Source of the DNA: Penicillus capitatus
Taxonomy: Eukaryota; Plantae; Chlorophyta
Reading direction: 5' to 3'
Assembly: GCA_965649825.1 (NCBI GenBank)
Contig: OZ287703.1
Span: 1,204,740-1,268,739 of the forward strand
DNA: 64,000 nucleotides
A program made the position numbers and the translations under genes. Under the pieces are notes generated by a model. It was not told the origin of the DNA. It did no database searches and saw only the letters and a list, made by a program, of their open reading frames with translations. Every line of letters begins with the position of its first letter. The stretch's first letter is position 1. Of the stretch, positions 1 through 13,039 are shown in pieces.

Positions 1-3000
1 TTTGTTGAATGAGAGAATTCCTGCTGTAAGTCGTGAACGAGCAGGATCTGAGAAGCATTGGCCACAAATGTGTTGACATCGATCCATTTTCGTTCGTCGC
101 TCGAAGTTTCAAGTTGCAGAAGAGACGATCGCTGATACTTCATGACAGAGGATGCCCATGTCTAACGGAAGAGGGTTTTCACAGGAGAACGGCCTCGTGG
201 ATAACCGCACCTGTGAACTGCCTATCTCTTCTATTTCTGAACACAAGCGAATACTGGTGGCTTCTGCCTCAAGGGCGATGAACTCCATAGCATCTTTGAA
301 AAGCGTTTCCTCATCCTTATTGGCTTGCAGTGTTTGGGATATGTTGAACGCTTTCTTTTTCAGACCAGTAAGTGAGTCTTCATAAGCGTGTTGCCTCATC
401 TGATAGCGTGTGCAATCGTCTTTTCCTCCTGTCGCTATCGTTGCATCTACAAGACATCTTTGTGAAGAAAGAGTTCCATCTCCGGGATCACATGCAATGT
501 GTTGGATGTATAGCCAAACACGCGACCTTGGAACAAGGGTTTGTTACCTTTGACGATTTGCATTTCTGTCTCTTGTTCATTCTCTGACGAGATTTCTGTT
601 CTTTCAAGAAAAAGGACCTTATCTGGAAAGACGTTTTGCAGTTCGAGGGCCTTTATTTGTGATTCCGTGTGTGGGAATCCATCGAGAATCCAACCACGAC
701 TCCAGCAATCTCCTATTCTGAGTTGTCTTGAGACGATGGAGATAAGTAAATCTTCGGGAATGACGTCGGACCGATTCACGATCTCTTTTGCACGCAGTCC
801 GCTCTCACTTTCGCCTACACATGACAAGCACAGGAACATAGATTCTATCAGATCATTCATTAAGTGAGGTATTTACTCATCATTTCTTTCTGGATAAGTT
901 GCCCCAATGTGAAGCAGGGAACCGTGAGTACTGAGGATAATTTCTTTGCCAATGTCGTCTTCCCAGAACCAGGAGGCCCAAGGATAAAAATATGAATCGG
1001 CTTTCGGCCATCTTGACGCTCTCTTTTGTCCCAGAGAGGTCTCCCGAAGCCCCACAACGCTTTCGGGGGAAGATGAGAAGGATACTTTTTGCTGATCGCT
1101 TGTAAAAAGCGATGATAAAGAACAGAGGCGTCATCACTCCAATCAACAACAACATTGTCAACGACAGCAGATCGTTGGAGCAGTCGATTCGACAGAAAGT
1201 CGGCAGCGGAGTGGTGCATTTGGAGTTGTGGATGGATCTCCTGCCACAGTATACAGAATCATAACGATATATCAGACTCAATGCAGTGAACCTTGTCGTT
1301 AAGGTTGCGATCTGGACTGTGCAAATCAGCAGTCGTTGGCAAACCGGATTGAACGTAGATTGCTGAGAAGGCAATGGTTTTCTCGATTAATTGTGTCAGA
1401 TCTTCTTCGTGCTCCAGAGCGATAACACAAACTTTCCCAGAGCTCTGAATCTGACGAATGTCTGAGAGGCGGTATCCATACAAGAATCCCCTGATTTCTT
1501 GATGGATGGCAAAGTCTCCTGCTTCTATTTCGTTGCTCAGGGTGTCTGTGTCTCTAATCATCCAAAATGGGAGCGAGGTATGCGAATCGGTTCTGTCGTT
1601 CTTGTCTGTATGGACCAGAGCTTGCTTGAAACTCCCTGGAAATTCTGTGACCATTCTGGAAATAAGCGATCTCTTTCTGGATCCTTTAAAGGAGAAAATG
1701 GCACATGAAGAGGCAATTATCAAAATGAGGTTCATACCATAGGGCCCAACAACTGCTAAAACATGTGAAAGTGTGTCAGCAATGCTCGGAACTAAGGTCA
1801 TTATGGTACGTAGTGCCTCTTCCATCAGACTGTGCTTTTCATTGCCAGTGATGTGGGCATCACATTTTCCAGAAGGGTGGTTTTCATTTGATGGAGAGTC
1901 CGTATCGTGCCAGTCGCAAGCATTTTCCTGATGTAGAGGTCAAGCAGTCGAAAACAAACAATCCGATCTCACCTGCGCTTCGTCCACGTAGACAAGTTTG
2001 AAACCTTCAGACGCATGTAATTTGATGCACTCGATGTCTGGATTCTGGCATGGCACCAGGTATACTGCATTGTTTGATAATGGCCCAGAGGACACATCTT
2101 CCAGACGGATTCCAACTGCAGACCCTGATGCATCTGCGCTGACATGGACGATTCTTTGTTTGCTTATCATCTCCGACATGTCATCATGACTGACGATATA
2201 TGTATCGTCAGAGACTCGTTCCGGCGCAGAGAGAGGTTCCGTTTTGCACAATCGTGCACGACAAAAGGATGTTGGAAATGTATCGAGAAGATCGTGCGCA
2301 AGTTGGCTGACAGCATCATCGTTTTTTCCGCATAGAAAGATGGCTTTGGGAGATTTCTGGAAGCCATCTGCCGCTCTGAGGGGAAATATGCAAAATGTAT
2401 ATACTGATACCTCATTCTTCTGCGATGTCTCTGAAGCCGTGTCGATGATGCGTGATCTGTCCAATGACGATAGACTTTGCAGAATAGACTCCACCATGCT
2501 TTCGGTACTCATATCCACGAACAATTGATACAATTCTGAGCAGTTGCCTTCCCTGTTAGATATCATATTATCTTCGGATATCTGAACCACTTGTTTCTTC
2601 AACTGATCTTCCAATTTCTTCTTCAGCATCTGCGTTTATAAGAATGGAGAATTGCACCATGAAAGAGTGAACAAGAAAGACTCGGTCTCACCTCCGCAGG
2701 AGGTGGATGAACAGATACCTTCAGAACTTCAGATCCGACATATTCTAAGCACTGGGCTGTCTCTTGAAGTGGGAGACCCACGATGGAAAGTTTTCCTGAA
2801 GAGGGCCATTGCTGAATTCTACTTGAAGGCATCACGCATGAAACCTTGTCGACTGTTTTGTACGACATCTTGCCACTTTGTTCCGCAACGTTTTCTGTTT
2901 AGAGGGTGAAGCCATGGCACCTCATGGCACTCCAAGAACTCATCAGCTTGTTTGCATGCTTCAAAGTCGTCGGCGGACAAATGAACCTTCAATCGGGCGC

Positions 3001-5145
3001 TTTCCTTCGCACCTGGGGCGCAATTCTGGCAGAAAGTAAGTGGCCTTGCGTGACAGACTTCTGTCGAAATCTCTTCTTTGCTCCCATACATAGCTCTTTG
3101 GAATGCACATGGACTCTCCCAGATCATGGACGAGTCTGCTGGCTAACACATCCATATCCCCCGATAACACTCCGCAGATGGCGACAGCTATAGGATGGGA
3201 AGTTTGATCGATAGAAGGAGGAAGAAAGTCGCAGTTTTCCAATGCTTTAGGTGAGTACGTTCGATTTCCCTTTCCATCGAGTTGACACTTGTCAACAATG
3301 GCATTCTTCAATGAGCAGTAGATTTGTTCTTCGTCTTCGAAAGGAATCTCGATATCAAATACACTACTCGAAGCAATAGTCGCAGCCTACATACAATCGC
3401 CCAAAAGAAGAAACCTCGAGAGCTTTATCACTACCTCTTGAATCAACTGATCCATTCTATCTCTTATTCTCTCAGGCACTTGGGTCTCAGAAGGCAAGGA
3501 TTGATTGCAGTAGCAGAAGAAAGCATGGATCTTCTCGTGTTTTAAAAGCAAATCGGCCTGGAGGACGGAAGCATGCCTTCTGCACTAATCCCATGAGGAC
3601 ACACGTACGTACCATTTCTTTTGACAGTACGATAACGGGGAACTTCCCAGTAGAGACAGCCGATCGAATGGAATCAAGGGTAAGAGCACTGCGTGTCATT
3701 CCATTTGGGGAGCAATGGTTCAGCAAGACGTCTTCCAATTGCAAAAGACTGTCAAACTGGTCTTCATCGACGAATTTGTGTGTGAGACTATCGATCTCAT
3801 AAATCGATGGAGTCCTCGTCTGACAAGGCCCCAAAGTGCATCAGTGTGAAAGATGTCACTCGCAAGGAATTGCTTACGGTGTGACAGGGGACCAGAACGA
3901 AATCGTCGGAACGTCTGCCGATGAGTGAATTGGCAACCTCCTCGGCGGCATTTCCAGATAAAACTAACAATTGCGGTCCTGATCTATCTTCCACCGAGGG
4001 CTGTTTCAGGCTACAAAGGGTAAATGGAATGGCCTTTCTGTTTTCCTCTTGTCCACGCATTCCAAGACTGTCGAGATAGTCGAAAAACTGCATGCCCTGA
4101 TGCACACATCACTACTGTGTTCAATTTTGGTGCTATTATTTTGACGCACAGGTTTGTCTTTTCCCACAAAGCGATGCGCGATGGTCTCTGTCGGCCAGCC
4201 TGTCAGCCAATGCAGTATGGGAATCTGTTCACGCTGTATTGAGTGACATCGCGTGCAAAAAGATCCAACATTTGCACCTGGCTCGTCTCCTTCTCATCTT
4301 GAAGGCCAAAAGCATGAAGGACTCGATACAGAGCCTTGATGATCAGAACAGGCCACAACTGAAACGGTTGAGTGGTTGGGAGTAGCGATGACCCTGAACA
4401 TAAGGTTGAACACGTTCTTATATATAGATCTACATAGATAGATGTATTACCGAAGAGGTCCAATGGCAAAGCATCATCCACCAGGACGTGTCTCCATTGA
4501 CCCTGTAAACAATTGCCTGACTTGCCTGAACAGGCAGAAGATGTCCTTGCCATTAGGTGAAGTTGGACCGTATACAATGATCCGCTTTCTGTTTGCACAG
4601 GCTGAATTGTTTCCCAGAGAAAATACTCCCTGTCGACGCGTTCCTAATTTTCTATCTAGTGATGCTTTGGATTCCCGTCCGCGTCTGGAGAGACCTTCAA
4701 TCGATAGACGGATTGGATCGCTTCTAACACCCAGTCGACAGAAGGATGCCCTCTGACCATATCGCCGTCGACAGTTCTGTCCTCGTCAGTACCACGAAGA
4801 ACTACAAGGCGTCATTTATGACGCCGTTTCAAACAGCATGCGCTTTAAGTACTTCTCGTTGGGATGAACGCCTCGCTTGGCCATAAATCGCAGGGCCGTT
4901 TCCAATGGTCGACTTGGGCGCGTAGACGTCGTGGCAGTGTCTTTTCGGAGACACCTTCGACGTCGCATGCTTCACAGAATGCATGGCGACTGGTGTCGTC
5001 TCAGCGATCTGTTCTTACTGTCTTTTCGTGTCGAGGCATGATCGTTGTCGCATGGAGGGAATAAGACATCTAGGTAGGAATGGGGAATGGTGGCATTGCT
5101 CGTCCCGGGTGAGGTGGATGTTTTCTTTGCTTTCTGAGGTGGCAT
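1..5145 (-). CDS. Large multi-exon protein: calpain/androglobin-like N-terminal region, several guanylate-kinase-like domains and an adenylate kinase domain (resembles flagellar central-pair FAP42-type proteins); 3' end runs off the window
   Basis: ATG at 5145 (MPPQKAKK). Exon peptides: QWRHVLVDDALPLDLFG and LWPVLIIKAL (calpain-like), VVGPYG..KRSLISRMVTEFP and GFLYGYRLSDIRQIQSSGKVCV (GK-like), FILGPPGSGKTTLAKKL and RGWILDGFP (AK). FAP42 resemblance is from recalled domain architecture, not a search. Confidence 0.6.
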
Positions 5146-5961
5146 CTTAAAGCGAATTAAATTGTCGACAATCAAATGATGTGAAAATCGTCATTGATGG
5201 ATCAGCCCGTGTTTGAAGAGATACTTTCTGACGAAAAATGACCGTTTATTGTCGAATGAGATTTCTTTTCGCCGTCAGCCATCTTCCTGCGTTTAACAGT
5301 TTTAACAGGACCATCAATCTTCCAAGGTCGATAAGAAATCTCGATGCTCGCTGTTCTAAAATAATCAATTCCTGCTCAAGGAAGTCGCCTATGAGTTTTT
5401 GTGGTCCGAATGTCCGAAAATGTTCTTTTAATGATGCCGCTGAGTCTTACGAAGGCGCCACTGCTTTGAATGCTGAACTAAAAATATTGATGATGACCAC
5501 AATTCATAGAAGAACAACGAACGCCTCGACCAGAGAGCGATCCCACGTGTTGTCACTTAAGAGAAACCAAGAGAACAAGCAAAGCCGGCTCATTCATGAT
5601 CAAAACAGCGACCACGATTGTGATTATCGACCCCGGCGCTTAGACAAGGGTCAAAGTCTAGCAAAAAACAATCCATACACCAAACTGGGAGCATCTGTAA
5701 GCACCCGTCCAGCCCGCCGAACATTCTTAGCATTGCTGAATTTGTATCATGACATTGTCATGTGGAATCCAGGAAAATAGGGTGGCTATGGGCCTTATTG
5801 ATATCTTACAGAAAAAAAGAACACGTGGTTCATCACAAGAGTCTTGACAGAAGAAATAGGATGGAGAACGAGTTCTAAAACTGGCAATGTCAAGGAAAAA
5901 GCGGTGCTCCCCCATTGCATGGGTGCATACAGGTGCGTGGTTATTGAACGAGTAAATCTAT

Positions 5962-6341
5962 CTAAGCAGTGTGTCCGTCCATGACAGCTGAGCCGTGATC
6001 CATATCTGTTCTCGTGTACTGCAGAACAGATGGCGGTCGGGCTGTAGCATTGTCCGAAGGCTCAGGACACAGTTTGGGTGACAACTGATCCATTGATACG
6101 TCAAGAGGAATTTCGTCCTTGCATCGAAGTCCCGCTCGCTCCATGCACCAATCACCCGAGTCAAAACGCTTGTGTGTGCTTCCCTAAACAGTGAGGAGTG
6201 AGTGATGGGAGTGACATCTGGGAGCAATGATTGCATGAGAGACATTCACCTGCTTTAGCAATCTGAGCCTTGCTCCGGTTGACTGACAGCGTGACAAACC
6301 CCTTCGAGGAGATCCAAAAGAGGATAACCGAACGGCGTCCT
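5962..6341 (-). CDS. Putative endosulfine/ARPP19-family small phosphoprotein (start codon not located)
   Basis: Splicing a GT-AG intron at about 6184-6251 gives ..LLKQ-GSTHKRFDSGDWCMERAG.., matching the FDS(G/A)D(W/Y) Greatwall-site motif; stop TAG at 5962. Confidence 0.45.
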
Positions 6342-7401
6342 GCGCACACAAATAGAACGGTCTTGATGCAAACGGTCAGCATCGAAATCACAAAGCGTGA
6401 CGCGAAGTGAGAAGGAGGAAGGACAAGAATCGCGTTTTTGTGTACAGACATGGAGAAAACGATGGTTTCGTGGAGAGTGGCTGGCGTAGCCCCATCGGAA
6501 GACGTTCAACCGACGATGGAGTGGCCTCGTCAACAAGACTCGAATGACACCGTGCGTTTTCTTACTCCGACGTTAGAAGGAGAAAATGCCGCAGGGGAGG
6601 GTTCCATGCTCATCATCGAGTGCGAGTGGCAAGCGCAAGTGTCAACTGAGCCAGAACGCCGAAAGGCAGGCTTCAGTGCTTTCCCCGATGGCCACTTTTT
6701 CGGACTTCGGAAAGCGAACGAAAAGGCGATAAACCGATGAGTCGCGAGAAGATTGTTCCTCGTCGCAGGAAATCTACAGCAAGGGTAAATGTGAAGAAAT
6801 ACGCTGTCCTCGATGTCAGGTGTGGGTTCGAAATGCTTTAAAGCTCATAACCGCCAATAATCAACTACATGGTATCTTCTGGCACAATTGCCCACCAACA
6901 CACATCTCAATTGTCTCTCAGTGGCAAGCAATAAATTGATCCCCGCTTTTAACTCAGTTTCTTTTCTTTTACCTTAAGCGGAAATCCTACAGACCCAACG
7001 GACTTGCAATCTATTATCACCCCCTCCCTCGCTCCTCAAAGCGTACTTACTGAACGATTTGGTGATGCTAGAGTATCATACATACATGGAACTATGAGTC
7101 AGAAACGAATACATCAATCCAATTGACACATGCAGGTGTGGTTCCTTAATCCTTCACTCATGTCGATGACTAGACAAAGTGAAAGGGTCAGCCATGTTCA
7201 GCAAAGAATATGTCTTGTTTTGCCAGGTTCTTCGAAGGAACTCAAGGGAATTGTTTTACTAGATAGGTAAAGAAAAAACAAGTGTCGTGCAAATGCTCTG
7301 ACAGACACGAACAGAGAGCTTGAAACCTAGATTGACTGTGGATGATTGCGCATCCTCAAGAACCAGTCTTGGTCCATATGCGCAAACTGTTCATGAGTGA
7401 G

Positions 7402-10112
7402 TCAGGTGTTGCAGTGTGTTCTGCGGCTTGTGTCGACTCTGGAGCTGAATTCTCTTCCAATTCTGCGACCTCTGCGGTCTCTCGGTCTCCAGATTTCCGT
7501 TACAATATCATTCGTTCCATACTTGATGTCCGCTTCCAAGGCCTTTCTCATTTCTTCTTCAGATTCGAAATTCACGCACGCATAACAGTTAGTCAGTCCA
7601 GTAAAGACCCTAAATAAAACCGAACACCGCTGCTACAGATTTATTGGAAAGTGTCTACTCTAGTTCTCATCGGAGAGCAGTGTACCTGACAGCGTTTTCC
7701 TTCTTAAGCTTGCCATAGGCCGAGAAGAGTAAACTCACGGTTGCTGGGGTAATTCCAATGGGAAGCCTGAAACAGAGAGCATGGATGATACATTGCTAGA
7801 ATGCACAGCGTTCTGCTTTGGCATAGAGAGATCTACCTTGCAGCAAACAGGCTTGTAAGTTCAGGCATTCGGGCGTGGCTACTTGGTGTTTGTGTTGCAG
7901 AATCTCCAAGGCGGCGATGCTCATCGTTCCCATTCGGATCAACCTGACCGAGTGGAGTCAAGGCTGAAGGCGCGGACATCGCAGTCCTCGTGCTTCCACT
8001 CGTCATGTTGACATCTCTCGAAAGCGAGTGCATCGCCAGATGCAGTCCTTCTTGTGAACTGGTCCGGCAGTGGATTCTGAATGGAATGGATTTGGGTTTG
8101 GATGGTCCTTCCTCACTCGTCACTGTGTTGTGTGATTTCACTGGCGTCAGCACTTCTTTCTTCTCATTGTCAGTATCCATTGCATTGGAGGCCTTGGCAA
8201 CAATCTTAGAAGGTGGCTGGTCCATTCCGCCATGAGAGCTGAGCTCCGCGTGGCACTCGAAGCAACTATCGTTAGGTTGATGGCGTCCGAGGTATCCTTT
8301 TTTCGTCGACTCTGTTGGAGTTTCGTTTGGTGCTTTCTGTGACGATTTCTCTGGAACAGAAGCAGGTAACAGGTGAAACTACAGCACATGAAACACAATG
8401 TCCCCTCAGAGCACGTCCTCTCCGACGAACAGCATGTGTCTCACTGCAAGCGACCGTTCGTACGACATCACATGCATAGTGTCTGTCTTTATGTAGTACC
8501 CTTTGTTCTGCTTTCTCAGCAACAGGGTTTGGGTGAAAAAGCGTTCCTCATTGCAGCTCTACATCACCATCGAAGAAGTATATCACTGATTCAGAGATGC
8601 ATCAGGGAGGAGGATACTTTTCTCTTTATTCTTCCGGAGATGAGCAGGAGGATACTTTCATTCAATGAAATTTGTGGTATACAGGACAGGAGGTTAACGG
8701 TGACGTCGTTGTACATCCAACAGAGCAACGCCTGTACCGTCTACAGAGGCAACACAGCATTCAAAGCGTCTGCCGACCAAGAATGGGGCTGGTGTCAATT
8801 TTTGGCACCTCTCGCGTTGTGGCCTGCATTGAAAGCGGCTTGTCATCGTCGCGCGATTCCGAAATAACGACAGTCGAATCTTGCTCGTAGAACAGATAGA
8901 GGTATGCCGAGTAGGAATTCATAACCTTGTAGTAAAGGCGAACGAACTCCCTTCCGACCTGATTTCCGAAACGGAACTCCGATGGACATAACACACCGAT
9001 GTTGTCCTTACCAATGGGGCTCTTTCCAATGGCTGCTTGTTTGTCGTCATTCTGTTGCCGGCAGACAGTCTTTTTCGAATGCTTTAATGCGAGAAACCAC
9101 CGAGAGGAAGAAGTATACACCACACGGAATGTCTCGCCCCGGTGTTTTCGGTCTTTAATACGGCTCAGCACCCAATAGCAGGCGAAGGACGGTTAAAACG
9201 AAAGATTATTATGCGCTTAATCTACATCGCGCCGCAAACAATCAGCTACAAAACGGGCATGGCCTCCTAACCGACCACGATGAACGACTGGACACGCGAA
9301 CGTTATTAGGGCACACATGATGGGGAGGCTGCCGCACAAGAGCTGCTGGCACGATAAACAAAATCCGCCTCGTTCACTGTCACACAGCACAAGTGGCTTG
9401 AAAGAGCCAACCGTAGCAGTAGGTGAGTACTTGGCAAACCCTTTGACGGCATACTGCTTCTTTCTGCTGCTTTTCGGACAAGGAGATCATCTGACTGAAT
9501 GTAGAATCCAGATTCATTGCACGCGAGGGTCACTGTTTGCTGAAACGATCGATCCGCTGCACGATCCTGCAACACCACTCACTCATCTATCAAAAGAAGA
9601 AAGAGGGTTGTGTGCACCACGGCGAACATGGTGCCAGTGATATCGAGTTCAATGGAACCGTTAGGCAGCCTCGTGGAATGACACCCAGACGGCCGCATGG
9701 AAACATTGAAGTACGCTTCAAACAACAGATCCTTGATGCCCTAGGAACACCCATCTCATCCGAGGCAAACAAGACAGAGTCAATGTCGATCCATCGACGG
9801 ATTCGGGGACATGTCTGACTGCAGAGTGTCGCATCGAGAGTCTACTGCCAAGGCACTGCATGTATCACTTACGTTCAGAGAATCGGCTCTGCGGACATGG
9901 ACGGCGTTATCTTCCGTGACCTCGCTGACGGAAATGGCGGAATCTTCGTCGTAGAACTTGTATAAGAAACTCGTGTAGTTGTTTAGCATCTTATAGTACA
10001 GACGCAAAAAGGCGCGCGTAATCTGTAACACAGCATGTCGGACGGAGAGACGAGACGAGATGTGACGCACTCGTTTCATCTCGGTGTCCATAAGAAATTC
10101 TCTACCATCCAC
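7402..10112 (-). CDS. G3BP/NTF2-RRM-like RNA-binding protein with two NTF2-like domains; start approximate
   Basis: NTF2-1: RAFLRLYYKMLNNYTSFLYKFY..SFQQTVTLACNESGFYIQSD. NTF2-2: VGREFVRLYYKVMNSYSAYLYLFY..FFTQTLLLRKQNKGYYIKTD. Low-complexity linker, then RRM LFAARLPIG..CYACVNFESEEEMRKAL. Joined by short GT-AG introns. Confidence 0.75.
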
Positions 10113-10302
10113 AAGAAAAGCTCACGCTTCGCGCTCGTTTGAAGAAGCAGAAGGCACTAGAGAAGACGGAAATGGTGTCGCGAATGACACGGAACAGAAC
10201 CGCGTTTCTGCGAAACAGCCTTGTTTGAATGCTGTCATTTCATCCATTAAACACCGAATAACATACACACGATTGCAAAACGCCTTCTCTGTCGACAGTG
10301 TT

Positions 10303-10978
10303 ATGAAGTTGACAGCTCTGAGCCTTCTGCGCTGGAATCCAGATGCAGAGCCGACTGTTTTGGGACAGGCTTTCGATGTTGCGAACTTTGGATTCTTTCA
10401 GCGGTCCTCCGTTCGAGAAATGATCATCTTCGTTTGTCGCACCATTGTTCGGAGAACACAGCCAGGACAGAGACAAACAGTGCAACATGAGAATTACTTC
10501 TGTCATGTTCACATCAAAGAGAATCAGATAGCAGCCATTGCAGTGGCTGATGAAGAGTATCCTTCCAGAGCTGCATTTTCTGTTCTGTCTGGAATTCTTG
10601 ATGACTATGATACCCGGGTGAGAACTATCGGTGCCGCTCTCTTCTCTGGCATCCACTTCGAATCTGTGCCTTCAGACTCGAGGCGGTGGAAGTGGGTCCA
10701 TGGGTAGCAGTTCAGAAGGAACTGAGGATAGTGGATTGAATGCAATGTTGGAAGCGGCCTTGGCCCAGTACCAAGATCCCCTGAATGCCGACAAGATTGG
10801 CAGAATACAGAAAGAATTGGATGAGACAAAGATCGTTCTGCACAAAACCATCGAGAGCGTGTTGGAAAGGGGAGAGAAGTTGGATACCCTTGTTGAAAAG
10901 AGCAATGACCTCAGTCTAGCAAGCCAGATGTTCTACAAGAGTGCGAGGAAGACGAATTCGTGTTGCAAAATGATGTAG
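10303..10978 (+). CDS. YKT6: R-SNARE longin YKT6 (intron 10618-10675)
   Basis: [22 protein letters not shown] longin domain; [42 protein letters not shown] motif; C-terminal CCKMM* lipidation motif. Confidence 0.95.
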
Positions 10979-11041
10979 ATTGGATACATCTGTGTGTATG
11001 TCATTTAACGCCCCGAAGAATCTGGCTGGCCCTAGGCTGCA

Positions 11042-13008
11042 ATGTCGCTTGGTTACGCCAGTCGTTTGTCCTATCGCGAAGACCTTGGCGGTCAACTAGG
11101 TGCTCCAGAACACAGAGAAACACCACAACAGCTGAAAAGGAAGATCGACGTCCTGACGGAGCTGGTAGAGAAACGCTCGTTGCCTGTCTCTGGCATAAGA
11201 GCGCGCCGTGTTTCGAATCCAGATTCGTGAGAGTGGGAAAACGATTGTGTTCACTGGAGCTGGGATTTCAACTTCGTGCGGGATACCAGATTTTAGGTAG
11301 TAACTGCCCATTCCACCAGAATCGGTCTCGCATCGCGAAACGCCGAAATGGATTAGGCCTATACATTCGCAACCGCCAATCTCTTAGCGATCTAACTCTT
11401 TTGCCCTAAATGCATCATGTTCTGTCGGTCAGCTATGCATGAGAGATTGTCATTGAAGGAGGGTGTGGTCAGATCTACGCCATTTGATCTCTCTCTGGAT
11501 GGACAGCGATCGAAGGGCGAACGGTGGTGTTTGCTTTATAGGGGACCAAAAGGCATATGGACATTGCAAAGGGCTGGAAAAGAACTGCCACAATTGAAAA
11601 CCAGTTTTTCCTTTGCGGTTCCAACTCTAACACACCAGGTCGATGCTGATTCGCATGTATGGTTGCTAATACGCATTCTGTGGCGTCAGGCACTGAGATG
11701 TCTTGTTGAGAGGAATATGGTTGATTTCGTCGTCAGTCAGAATGTCGATGGATTGCATCTTCGTTCGGGGTTGCCTCCAGAAAAACTGGCGGAGCTGCAC
11801 GGCAACTGTTTCTCGGAAAAGTGTTCTGTCTGTCAAGCAACCTATGTGCGAGATTTTGAGATGGAAACCGTGAGCAAGCAATCACCTTGGTTCCATGCAG
11901 TGATCTACAACTGTCGTCTAGGTGGGGTTTTGCTTGACGGGTCGACGGTGCGTTGCAGATGGATGCATTGGACGATTGAAAGACAATATTCTGGATTGGG
12001 ATGACGCCTTACCCGAAGATAAATTGCAGCTATCGGAAGAAATTGCAGCTTCAGCTGTAATGCTTAATCAATAGCATCATTGAATCATTCACTCTTGACA
12101 TTGCAAAGGACTTGGCGCTGTGCCTGGGGACAAGTCTACAGATAAGGCCAGCATGCAATGTCCCACTGGAAACCGTGCAATCAGGTATCATCTTTGCATA
12201 ACGACTGTATGGATAGAGTGTTGATGCATGCTCTAGGCGGCAAGCTGGTCATCGTTAATTTGCAGAAGACGCCAAAGGACAAGAAAGCCTTCCTCGTGAT
12301 TCGGCATGAGGTGGACAAAGTAGGGCCATCTTGAACAAGGCCGGTATTCTTTGTGGGACACATCTGCAGGTCATCGCTGGCGTCATGAAGAACCTGCAGC
12401 TAAAGGTGAGTAATGTGATCTCCCTCTGTTTTGGACAACTTACTTCCTCGTCTAGATTCCGAGATACCTCAGAATAGATAAATTGATTATTCTCCATCGG
12501 CAAGGAGCTCCAACGCGTTCACTAAAATGGAGTTCGATTGCTATCGAGATTATTAGTCAACATGGCTTCTGTTGTCCCATCCCAGCCATCTCTTCAGTTC
12601 AAATGAAGCTTCGAACATCTGCGGGAGAGATCGAAGAGACAGAACTTGAACAGTGGCCCTTTACGTTCACATCCAAGTACGCCTCGACGCATGGAGCGCT
12701 GACGGACTGCTCTGTACAGGTGTCAGGTTGGAACTGTAATGGATGTTGTTTGTTGCATTCGTTTAGCTGATGAGCTTGACAGAAAGTCGGTCGAAGTGAA
12801 GTATTCGGTCGAGGTTTTGAAGAAGACAGATTATGAATCCTTTCTCCAGACAGAAAGACTGTTGACACATCCAGCCTTTCAGGTGTTGCACTTCATCACC
12901 TTGCATTCTCTGGGAATCTCTGCATGGCAGACAAAGTCGAGGAGTCGGTTGCCTGTTATGAAACATAAGGAATGTTCTTTTGTGACCCAAGAGGTCGGAT
13001 TTGAGTAG
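11042..13008 (+). CDS. SRT1: Class IV sirtuin (SIRT6/plant SRT1-like), multi-exon
   Basis: MSLGYASRLS N-terminus; [24 protein letters not shown] (across intron 11297-11541); VVSQNVDGLHLRSG; AELHGNCFSEKC; LDWDDALP; LCLGTSLQIRPA; IVNLQKTPKDKKA. Confidence 0.9.
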
Positions 13009-13039
13009 AGGAGACACAGATGAATAACGCATACAGGCA

